From NCBI GenBank assembly GCA_965214405.1, contig OZ243956.1, positions 1,056,001 to 1,120,000 of the forward strand: DNA of 64,000 nucleotides. Reading direction: 5' to 3'. Position 1 is the first letter of the stretch, and each line of letters begins with the position of its first letter. The DNA is from Trueperaceae bacterium (GTDB lineage: Bacteria; Deinococcota; Deinococci; Deinococcales; Trueperaceae). Under the pieces are notes generated by a model. The model saw nothing but the letters and a program-made list of their open reading frames with translations. It ran no database searches and was not told the DNA's origin. The translations under genes were made by a program, and so were the position numbers. This document shows positions 49,501 through 56,970 of the stretch, piece after piece.

Positions 49501-51691
49501 CTTGTCCCCACAGAGTACCCAAGTGCTCCGCAATATCGACGGGTTGCGCGACGTGCGCCCAGCCGCTGTCGGTATGCCATTGACTCAGGTGAATGTACGC
49601 CGGGAGGTCGTCGTCTGCCGCGAGTTCGTTGAGGGCGGAGCGCCGCTCGAACAGCATGTCCCGTTGTTGCGTGAAGAAGTCGATCGTGGGGTGCAGGTTC
49701 CGCCCCAACCATGATTCACGCGGAAAGGCTTTGAGCGCTTCGCGTAAGGCGTGCGCGGCCTCCAGCCACTCTGTTTCGGCCGCGCGGAGTTTCGCCCATT
49801 CGTGACGGTTCTTGTACTTCGGGCCGACCGCGACGGACAGGCCGAACTGCGGTTCGCCCGTGCCGTACTGCTTCACGAACGTCACGACATGCTTTGTGTA
49901 CATCCCGAGCTTCTCGAGGGCGTTCGGAACGAGCGTCCGCCTGATCTCGTTTGCGAGTCCCTTGAGGTTGTCGGGCACCTTACTGTTGTCGCGTAGCCAC
50001 CCACGGCGGCGTCGCTGGTCGAAGACCCGCCGGAGGTGAAACAGCGTATCCTCTTCACTGGTTCCCTTGGCGAACGCCTCGGTGGCGACGTCCTCGAGGT
50101 TGTGCCCTTCGTCAATCACGAGGTGAAGTTCCTCAGGGTTGTTCTCTGAAGGGTCGCTATCGTTCCGGTTCGCATAGTGACTGATGAGCCAAGCCTGATT
50201 CGTGATCCAGATGCTCGCCTGGTCACGTTGTCGTTTGTCCGTCTGGAAAGCGCATGAGTTGAAGAACGGGCAGTCGCTGCGGCAGCGCCGTGGGTTCGTC
50301 TGGACGTTGAAGCGCAGCTCGCGGTACGCCGGAGAAAAGTCCCAGTGTTGGGGAATAGCACCCAGATCGAACTGTCCTTGCTGCACGTAGTACGTGAGCA
50401 CGCCCTGCGCGACGCGCTCATCGGGTGTGGCGTCGGGGGCATCCGCGAGGGCGTCGTGCAGCGCATCAAGGCAGATGTAGTCCCGCGGGCTCTTGACGGT
50501 CACGGCCTTCGCTTGAAAGCCGAGGTCGGCGATGCGCGTGAGTTCATCGTACGCTTGCGCTTGCAGCACCTTCGTGTGCGTCGCAATCACTACTTTCGCG
50601 TTCTCGTGATGGTGAACGTAATGTAGCGCCGGGAACAGATACCCGCGTGTCTTGCCGGTTCCGGTAGGGGCCTCGAGCAGCGTGCTCCGACTGTCCTCGA
50701 GGGTGCTGGTGACTTCTTTAAGCATATCGTGCTGCGACGGGCGGTACCGACCCATCACCCGCATGAACTCCCGCGCTTCCTCTTGCGCTCGTGGCCGCTC
50801 ACGGTTTAGCGGATGCACGCCGTCCCTGACTTTCTCGAGTTCATCCGGCTGCAGTGTAGGGAGCCATTCGGGGGTCAGCGTGTCGGGGGAAGGGAAACGC
50901 GCGCCGGAACGTGCGAGCCACGCCACTTTCGCTTTCGTCTCGAGTAACGCCTGGAGTTCCTCATTTGTAGCCGTTGGGACGTCGTAGAACGCCGCTTCTT
51001 GCAGCTCGAGGTACTGCCACACCTTCAGCACTATTTCGGGTGGTGGGTTGAGGTAGAGGTGGCGCAGCACCTCGCGGTTTGCCTCGCAGTCCTTGTCGGC
51101 CTGGTGCGCTGCGGTTATGTCCTCGCCGGTAAACTTTCGGTACAGGTCTCCAAGGCGGTAGCCCTTAAGGTCCGCGGGCGGCGTGGGATACAGAAGGTGC
51201 GCCCAGCGTAGCGTATCAACGGGCGAAGTGACTTTGGGGAGGTGCAGGTCGGTGGTGGTGAGGTGCCGCCTGAGGAGTGGAAGGTCGTAACGAAGGATAT
51301 TATGCCCCGCGAGGGGCGTACCTGCAGTGTACGAAAGGAAGGTCGTCAGGGCATCCCCGAGGGAAATCTTTTCACGTTCATACGTTTCCGGGTCGATCTT
51401 GGTAATTCCCCAGACGATATGATCGTCTGGAATCGGTTCGGGGGTCGCTACATAACACATGAACGGCGGTTGACCGGGACGTAGCGCCGCGAGTTGTACG
51501 ATCTCTGCGGTTTCAGGATCTGCGCTGGTCGCTTCTATATCAAAGATAGTGTAAATTTCGTAAGGATTTAGCGCCACAGCGGGGTCACACTCCACATCGG
51601 GTATAGATTTTGATGGTCCATAGTAACGTGCCAGGTAATTCTCCGTCACCAAAAGCTTCATAAATAGTGTCAGAGGCTGCAACAGATGCAT
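46526..51691 (-). CDS. DEDDh 3'-5' exonuclease / DinG-family helicase / RecQ-family helicase triple fusion (true start may be GTG 51577)
   Basis: Exonuclease: FDIEAT, GHNILRYD, HQADKD. DinG: RPSQ, EAPTGTGKT, DYICL...CRSDCPFFNSC, IDEGH, TSATL, EGVD, QAFGRLIR. RecQ: LPTGYGKS, DEAHCLASWGHDFRPDY, TATAT, YHAGL, ATNAFGMGIDK, QEAGRAGRDG, and C..CNTCGVC Zn site. Confidence 0.93.
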   Translation of the reverse strand: MHLLQPLTLFMKLLVTENYLARYYGPSKSIPDVECDPAVALNPYEIYTIFDIEATSADPETAEIVQLAALRPGQPPFMCYVATPEPIPDDHIVWGITKIDPETYEREKISLGDALTTFLSYTAGTPLAGHNILRYDLPLLRRHLTTTDLHLPKVTSPVDTLRWAHLLYPTPPADLKGYRLGDLYRKFTGEDITAAHQADKDCEANREVLRHLYLNPPPEIVLKVWQYLELQEAAFYDVPTATNEELQALLETKAKVAWLARSGARFPSPDTLTPEWLPTLQPDELEKVRDGVHPLNRERPRAQEEAREFMRVMGRYRPSQHDMLKEVTSTLEDSRSTLLEAPTGTGKTRGYLFPALHYVHHHENAKVVIATHTKVLQAQAYDELTRIADLGFQAKAVTVKSPRDYICLDALHDALADAPDATPDERVAQGVLTYYVQQGQFDLGAIPQHWDFSPAYRELRFNVQTNPRRCRSDCPFFNSCAFQTDKRQRDQASIWITNQAWLISHYANRNDSDPSENNPEELHLVIDEGHNLEDVATEAFAKGTSEEDTLFHLRRVFDQRRRRGWLRDNSKVPDNLKGLANEIRRTLVPNALEKLGMYTKHVVTFVKQYGTGEPQFGLSVAVGPKYKNRHEWAKLRAAETEWLEAAHALREALKAFPRESWLGRNLHPTIDFFTQQRDMLFERRSALNELAADDDLPAYIHLSQWHTDSGWAHVAQPVDIAEHLGTLWGQASSVTITSATLSLNDDFRYITRVLGLENPSKMVLPGTLPYDRAHLVVPSHLPEARTSNLFRFQPLYHHELEALLPPAHRSLTLFTSTTRMKQAGEFLGKLPHLYVPLTRREREDVAESMKADGPASALGTRAYMEGVDFADLKLVNLERIPFPVPTALLQARQDMAERRGFDPWKDVYLPRALLTFVQAFGRLIRDDREKARAGAFVLWDKRLLSASYQLLFLASLPKGVNVHEADGRADFYRYLANVLEVNPDDLPSEELVDETQQYLMDLRASDKPIEEKVRELALRFWEVKRIKNEQWEAINASLAGRDAMVLLPTGYGKSLTFQIPAFLQGGLTLVVSPLIALMRDQVEVLQQKGLPAAALHSLISGAEQRSILDEVRAGRINLLYVSPERVNRSSELAYLLMELTEAGRLHRLVLDEAHCLASWGHDFRPDYLQVANKLEEIIPNLPVSALTATATPDVCTELRDNLKLNDPVKVGTSYDRPNLSYFTYRLNDIEKLRTIVQILNYVESHHKGDSVIIYTSSRKQTERLAWALRELRYQAEAYHAGLSGVIRNEVQENFMNGNVKVIIATNAFGMGIDKANVRAVVHFQPPTSLAAYIQEAGRAGRDGKPAFAVLMHNTSDWRTVEWLAASSKSDPEHANALLTVLLEQTHRPSMYARDVVALVNEKFTENQKPLLEERFASLVNSLQEAGVLAFSYRIGKVFVLAENPESLEPHLETLRELGFAAKLEGDELDLSSLSSERAEELSSFLYELRRNRGIRVYAAREAAIEFSLPTELHKAFTGMVNFSNRQRELRDKAVKRVTDMKAYALATSCKRDVLLQAFEQNAETCNTCGVCDTQLDEPTALSEPWQEEPPLDDELLESVYKPFDTLLEFLSSHRSRAFNLDGYLGLGQMKIVMALQGETERPTQSKPVVLGKNEVHNPFFGYLTFIRKREIERALERAAREQLVDITPFNDHSTYRINDAGNAYLAKRRRLRQRDDHERAA

Positions 51692-51831
51692 GATCTAGGG
51701 GTTAGGTCACGTTGAACTCAATATGAGGCGTAGCCGTTGAAACAGGAGTTGGCGTTTGTATCCTTCTGCGGCAAGTCGCCCAACTGCTGAATCGGCTAGC
51801 CTACTTCTCTAATTTAAATAGGGAGGTAGCC

Positions 51832-53034
51832 ATGACTAAACGAGCCAACGGCGAGGGTTGTCTGCGCAAGCGGGTGAGGGTGCGAAGGGACAGCTCGAGC
51901 TACGTTCGATACTCGGCCGTCATCACTACGAAATGCACCTTGGCCCAGAAGCAAAAGCGCTTAGAAGGTCCGTCTCGCGAGACACGCGAGGAGGCCCTTG
52001 TCGACCTAGAGAAACTCCGCGAGACTAAGACCTGTGGCTCCTTTAACTCCTACACCACCAACCTAGGCGACTACCTCGATTATTGGCTCAGTCAGGTCCG
52101 GCCGAGAGAAACATGGGCCGTGTCCCGCAAACAGCTCGCTCCGAAAACCTATCAGGGATACCGGGGGGACGTCGAGCACTTTATCAGACCTGCTCTGGGC
52201 AACCTAAAACTCGGCAGACTGGAACCTATGGCCCTACAACGGTGGCAAGACAGGCTCGAGCGTGAACACGGCCCTTTCGTCGCCAAGAACGCTAGCGCTA
52301 CCTTGTCAAGCGCCTTGACGAGGGCCGTACGCTGGCGGCTTCTTGGAGAAAGTCCTTTTGATAAGGGAGCGGTATCCAAGATTATCGTGCCCTGGGTCGA
52401 GGCAGATTATTGGGAGCCGAGCGAAGCTAAGCGATTTATCACCGCCGAAGAAACAAGGCAACATCCTTACTTCGTCGCTTATTACTTGACCCTAAACCTG
52501 GGCTTCAGAATGAGCGAACTGCGCGGCCTGATGTGGCAAGATATCACGTACCTCGAGAACAGGAGTACGAGTAAACCTGAACCCCACATTTATGTCCAAC
52601 GTCAAGCCGTCAATGACCGCCAGGTTCCCACCTTTTCCGAACGGCTCAAGACGAAGGCGTCCAAGCGTTGCATTCCCTTACCCAGCTCGGCTGTTGAGCT
52701 ATTACGTCAGCATCAGAGGGAGCAACGGCATGGAGCGTAAAATCTCGGCACCATCGTCACAAACGCTTCTGGAGGGGTCCCGACGGCGGGCCACCTGAGA
52801 CGCGAGTTTTACAAACTCAGTGAGATGGCTAAGGTGCGCCGCATCAAATTTCACGGGCTAAGGCACACGGCCGGGTCGCTGTGGATTGAGGCTGGGGTCA
52901 GCTTACTCAGGGCGTCACGCTGGTTGGGTCACAGTCACATGCGGACGACGGAGAAAATCTATATCCATCTCTTACGGGAAGCGTCGTACGGGGAGAGTAT
53001 TTCGCTCGAGCGCATGCTCAACATCGGCACGTAG
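51832..53034 (+). pseudogene. Tyrosine recombinase/integrase with one in-frame stop
   Basis: KRANGEG N-terminus, GFRMSELRGL and LKT. After TAA (52738-52740) the same frame continues to FHGLRH...LGHS...IYIH. Confidence 0.9.
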
Positions 53035-53057
53035 TGGAAGTAGTGGGAAAGGTAGTG

Positions 53058-53099
53058 GAACATCCTCGAGCTGCTAATCGACGCAAATCGAGGATGTTC
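53058..53099. terminator. Hairpin between the integrase and the att repeat
   Basis: Perfect 12-bp inverted repeat GAACATCCTCGA / TCGAGGATGTTC. Confidence 0.55.
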
Positions 53100-53117
53100 G
53101 TCCAGCAAGGCTTCCTT

Positions 53118-53162
53118 TGGTGCGCCCGAGAGGATTCGAACCCCTGGCCTTCTGATCCGTAG
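53118..53162 (-). repeat. att site: 3' half of tRNA-Arg(ACG), copy 2
   Basis: Minus strand CTACGGATCAGAAGGCCAGGGGTTCGAATCCTCTCGGGCGCACCA. Followed on + by about 125 bp homologous to 40761-40890, not by a tRNA 5' half. Confidence 0.9.
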
Positions 53163-53339
53163 CTTTTTAACTTTCGCAAAGTCTATTGGAGTTGTAGGAA
53201 AATTAGCTCCTAAACGGGTTTGCTGAGCATACCCCTAACCAAACTCAAACATAGCTTGCTCAAGTCTTAGTAGGGAGATAGTAGGGAGAGGGCTGCCCTA
53301 GGCCATGAGTGCAACGACTTTTACTGTCCCGGCACGCTA

Positions 53340-53903
53340 GTCCAAAGCTATGCACTTTAGTGCAAGACTTTAGTTGCTACTCATCTCCAAGCTGCTGGTA
53401 AAGTCAGTTGCGTGAGCAAGAACCGCTACAGCAGCCATACCGCAAGTCGATTGACGGTGCATCTGGTGTGGGTGACGAAGTACCGCTACCAGGTACTGAA
53501 AGGGGAAGTGCAGGTGCGCTGCAAGGACCTTATCGTGCAGGTGTGTGACGCCGAGGACGTGCGGATACTCAAAGGGGTGGTGAGTAAAGACCACGTCCAT
53601 ATGCACGTCGAGTACCCGCCCGCGCTGTCGGTGAGCAACCTCATGAAGCGCGTGAAAGGGAGAACCTCACGGCTGTTGCAGCAAGAATTCCCGCATCTGG
53701 AGAAGCGCTACTGGGGCAAGCGCATGGGGGCGGTGGGCTACGGAGCGTGGAGCACGGGGAACATCACCGAGGAGATGGTGCAGCAGTACCTGGAACACCA
53801 CAGGCGGCCCTCGAACCAGGAGAACGAGACGTTCATCCTGGAAAAGTAGGCAGGACTTTAGTCCGTCTCAAAACCTATGTACTTTAGTGCATAGGTGTTT
53901 AGT
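53340..53903 (+). mobile_element. IS200-type element (tnpA only; ends approximate)
   Basis: Subterminal hairpins TGCACTTTAGTGCA (about 53351) and CCTATGTACTTTAGTGCATAGG (about 53874) flank the transposase. Confidence 0.85.
53412..53849 (+). CDS. tnpA: IS200/IS605 Y1 (HUH) transposase
   Basis: HLVWVTKYR, DHVHM, KGRTSR and QQYLEHH. Confidence 0.95.
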   Translation: MSKNRYSSHTASRLTVHLVWVTKYRYQVLKGEVQVRCKDLIVQVCDAEDVRILKGVVSKDHVHMHVEYPPALSVSNLMKRVKGRTSRLLQQEFPHLEKRYWGKRMGAVGYGAWSTGNITEEMVQQYLEHHRRPSNQENETFILEK

Positions 53904-54118
53904 ACGAGAGTTTAGTGCTTTTCACGTAATGCTTATGCAACGAACGGCCCGTAAAGTCGCAGAAGAAGGACGTTCGCGTTGGTGCGCGCTTCTACGGTTC
54001 TTACCTACAGTAGATCGTCCCACAGAAGGTTTCGCGCATAATCTCTTGATGTAACGATCAGTTGCCGAGACGGCTTGTACGCTTGGAAGGAGAGAACGGG
54101 GGTGATGTGGAGGTGAGT

Positions 54119-54715
54119 GTGGCCGAGGGTCGAATCTTGGTCGTTGTGGTCGGGTGCAGCGGGGCCGGGAAATCTACCTTTGCGCGTGCTCTGGGTGATC
54201 GCCTCGCGGCGGGCGGGGTACGCACGGTGGCTGTTGATCTGGACCTCGTCGTCGAGATGGCGTGTGGACATGAAGGATTCCCGGTCACCCATGAGGCGTG
54301 GTCGGGGGCGCGGCGGGCGGCGGCAGGGTTGGTGGACGGCTTCTTCGAGGCTGGCGTGGACCTGGTCGTGCTCGAGGGGGATGTTTGGTCAAGCTATATG
54401 GTTGGCGGGGATGCCGGGGTGTGGTACGAGGCGTGGACCGACTTTGTGGAGCAGGTGTGTTCGGACCCCGAGACGCTTCTGCTCGCTTTGCGGGTCTCAT
54501 ATGAGGAAGCTTTACGGCGTGTTCAGGGTGATGAGGGGCGTGGGTTGTCGCGCGATCCGGAGTGGTTGCGTAAGGATCAAGCACGTTTCGAGCGCGCTCT
54601 CGAGTCGCTGAACGGGTGGCGGGTGCTCGAGTCGGACGGGCGGAGGGTCGGCGAGCTCGTTGACGAGGTTATCGGCTCGTTGGTTGAGAGGGGGTTGGTG
54701 AGGGCGACGCCGTAG
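54119..54715 (+). CDS. P-loop nucleotide kinase-like protein
   Basis: VVGCSGAGKST; GGAGG upstream of the GTG. Confidence 0.7.
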   Translation: MAEGRILVVVVGCSGAGKSTFARALGDRLAAGGVRTVAVDLDLVVEMACGHEGFPVTHEAWSGARRAAAGLVDGFFEAGVDLVVLEGDVWSSYMVGGDAGVWYEAWTDFVEQVCSDPETLLLALRVSYEEALRRVQGDEGRGLSRDPEWLRKDQARFERALESLNGWRVLESDGRRVGELVDEVIGSLVERGLVRATP

Positions 54716-55104
54716 CCATAGTAGCCGCCTAGAGTGTGGCAGAGACCTGGCTGCTGAAGCGCCGACTTTGATGTGTAAGGTGCGTACGCCCTTCTGCAAC
54801 AGACGCGCGCAACTCCCGCATAGTGGTGCATCCGCTAAGTTCTACATCGTTTGCTCAGCCGACTTTCCTCGTCTCTAATGTGTAGCCGCGCTAGAGAATT
54901 TTACGACGAATTTCCGAGATGAACCGCTAAGCACAAACACGCCGCTAAACACTCCAGTGGGATGTGACAGACCTGGGATTACTCTATTCTGATGGAGTAA
55001 TCCCACTTGTACAGGACGGGCATCCCAAAGCTCCCGCGCTGCTTGCTCAGGAGCTTGGACAACCGATCCCCCTTGTCGGGGATTCGCCGGTCACGCAAAA
55101 TGCC

Positions 55105-56691
55105 TTAAGGAAAGGTGTTACGCAGCCAACTGATGACGCCCAAGTCGCCGGGGGTAATCCGCCTGGCCCGGTTCGGATGGTCGGCACCGGAACTGCATAC
55201 CCCGCAGTCAGTCGAATGATGCACCATACTGACCACCGGCACCCACTGGTCCCGCGTTTCGTTGTAGCGGTAGTGGTACATAGAGCTTCCGCTATGTCCG
55301 CCGCTGGTACCGCAAGCGTGTTTGATCACGCGGTTCCAGCCGTCTGGGCCGGGGCTGAAGTAGTCTCCAAGGTCGCACGGTTGCGAATCGCCAAAGAGCC
55401 TTGCCCAGTAGAACGTCTCTCCGAACGCGTCTTCATCGCAGAGAGAGGGTCTGTTATCGGCGGAGCCTCCACACTTCGGGTAGCCCCGGTTATAGTGCGT
55501 CCGCCCGTCTAGATAGGACCCGGGACCGGCCCAGTAGCCCATCCAGCCGGTCAGGTCGCCCAAGCGGTCGGGAACGACGATGAGCCCCCAATCCCACTCG
55601 GGGCACTTGTAGTCCTCACCCGCGCAGGCCTGGGAGCGCCAGGGGGCGGGCATGAAGTACCAGGCTTCGGTGCCCGGGTCGGGCTCGAGCTTGATGGTCG
55701 AAGAACCGTAAGGGCTGCCGTTGAGGCCGTTCCTGCCGGGGTCGACTTGCACCGTAAACCAGGTGTTGGTGCCGCGCCTGTTGATACAGTGCGCCGCGGT
55801 GATAAGGTGGCGGGGGCCGATGAGCGTGCCGGTGCAGTTAGAGTCCTCCCTACCAAACTGTGAGACAGCGCGCCAAGGCCAGCTTGTCGTGGAGAACCGG
55901 ACAAGCCGACCGTCGGCGCCGTTGCTCCAGCCTTGGGGAATGATGGGTCGTTCGTTACCGGCGGGGTCGTCAACGCCTTCGGTGGCGTTTGTCAGGCCTC
56001 GAGCCTCTTGAAAAGCGTGGACGGCCTCTAGGAGCGGTTGCTCGAACAGAAGCTCGAATTCGTTGCCCGTGGTGGGGTTGAACACGCGGAAAGCGACCCG
56101 ACCGTACTCCGCCTCCTCGACGGGCACTTCGCTCGAGGGGTCGGTGCCGGGCGCGTCCTCGCCGACAAAAACTGCTTCCTCTGGGGGGTCATTGCTCAGC
56201 GTTCCCTTGCCGACAAACCGCACCGTCAGGTGCTCGTTAATCTGTACGGGCCCGGCGGGCGGGTCTTTTGCTGAAATAACCTCGCGCAGCTCTTCCGTGC
56301 CGAACTGGTCTTTGAGCGTCAGCCGCAACTCCGCCGCTTTACTCAGGCTGCCCGCCACGCCCCCGACGCTGAGCGTCCGCACGCCCGTGGCCGCGTCTTC
56401 GCCGGCTTTCAGGGTCAGCGTACGGCTCGTTTTGGCGGTGTCGGGGCCGAAGTCGCCGGTCAGGTCACTCACGTCCCCTTCCAAGCTGAGCGCGACCGCG
56501 CCATCAAAACCGCCCGTGGCGCTGATGGTGACGGTAACTTGCGCTTCGGCGTTTTGTGCTATCGCCGTAGCGGAGGGTGAAAGCTCGAGCGAGAAGTCGG
56601 GCGTCTCGTCGTTCCGCTCTTTTGTACAGGCGAGTAAGAGTAGGGCGGTGAGCAAGGGGGATACGAACCATTTGAGGTAGGAGTGTTTCAC
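55105..56691 (-). CDS. Lipoprotein with an Ig-like domain and a trypsin-like (glutamyl endopeptidase-type) serine protease
   Basis: Lipobox LLLAC; CTGTLIGPRHLITAAHC; WDWGLI; GGHSGS. Confidence 0.88.
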   Translation of the reverse strand: MKHSYLKWFVSPLLTALLLLACTKERNDETPDFSLELSPSATAIAQNAEAQVTVTISATGGFDGAVALSLEGDVSDLTGDFGPDTAKTSRTLTLKAGEDAATGVRTLSVGGVAGSLSKAAELRLTLKDQFGTEELREVISAKDPPAGPVQINEHLTVRFVGKGTLSNDPPEEAVFVGEDAPGTDPSSEVPVEEAEYGRVAFRVFNPTTGNEFELLFEQPLLEAVHAFQEARGLTNATEGVDDPAGNERPIIPQGWSNGADGRLVRFSTTSWPWRAVSQFGREDSNCTGTLIGPRHLITAAHCINRRGTNTWFTVQVDPGRNGLNGSPYGSSTIKLEPDPGTEAWYFMPAPWRSQACAGEDYKCPEWDWGLIVVPDRLGDLTGWMGYWAGPGSYLDGRTHYNRGYPKCGGSADNRPSLCDEDAFGETFYWARLFGDSQPCDLGDYFSPGPDGWNRVIKHACGTSGGHSGSSMYHYRYNETRDQWVPVVSMVHHSTDCGVCSSGADHPNRARRITPGDLGVISWLRNTFP

Positions 56692-56970
56692 GCGAATCCT
56701 TTCGGTACTGTGAGGGTCTGGGTGAACTCTAGGGTTGACCTCAGAATGTTTATGTTCTAGGCGAATACCGTCAATCTTGTGTCACCTCCAACCGGACGGA
56801 TGTGTACAACGTTGTCGTTCGCACCTTAGCCGGGTCGGCATGAACCGGGCGTGAAAGGCGCATTCACGCTTGCTCCGCTACATAGAGTCGTCTGGCAGGC
56901 GTGGTCGTTCAGGGCGTGGTCGGGTCGCCCTGATTTTGAGAAGACGAGCGTCGTCCTCTACAATAGGGCC

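Larger units (their letters stand above)
40716..53162. mobile_element. Integrative genomic island targeting tRNA-Arg(ACG)
   Basis: 45-bp direct repeats (43/45 identical) at both ends, a tyrosine integrase next to the right repeat, and TAGT(A/G)GG arm-like repeats near both ends. Confidence 0.88.

Noticed and set aside
52738..52740. Programmed stop-codon readthrough in the integrase or DoxX genes
   Set aside because: No recoding signal is evident, and the many other lesions nearby make simple nonsense mutation more likely.
53850..54100. tnpB or omega-RNA associated with the IS200 tnpA
   Set aside because: The right-end hairpin follows tnpA immediately and there is no RuvC-like ORF.
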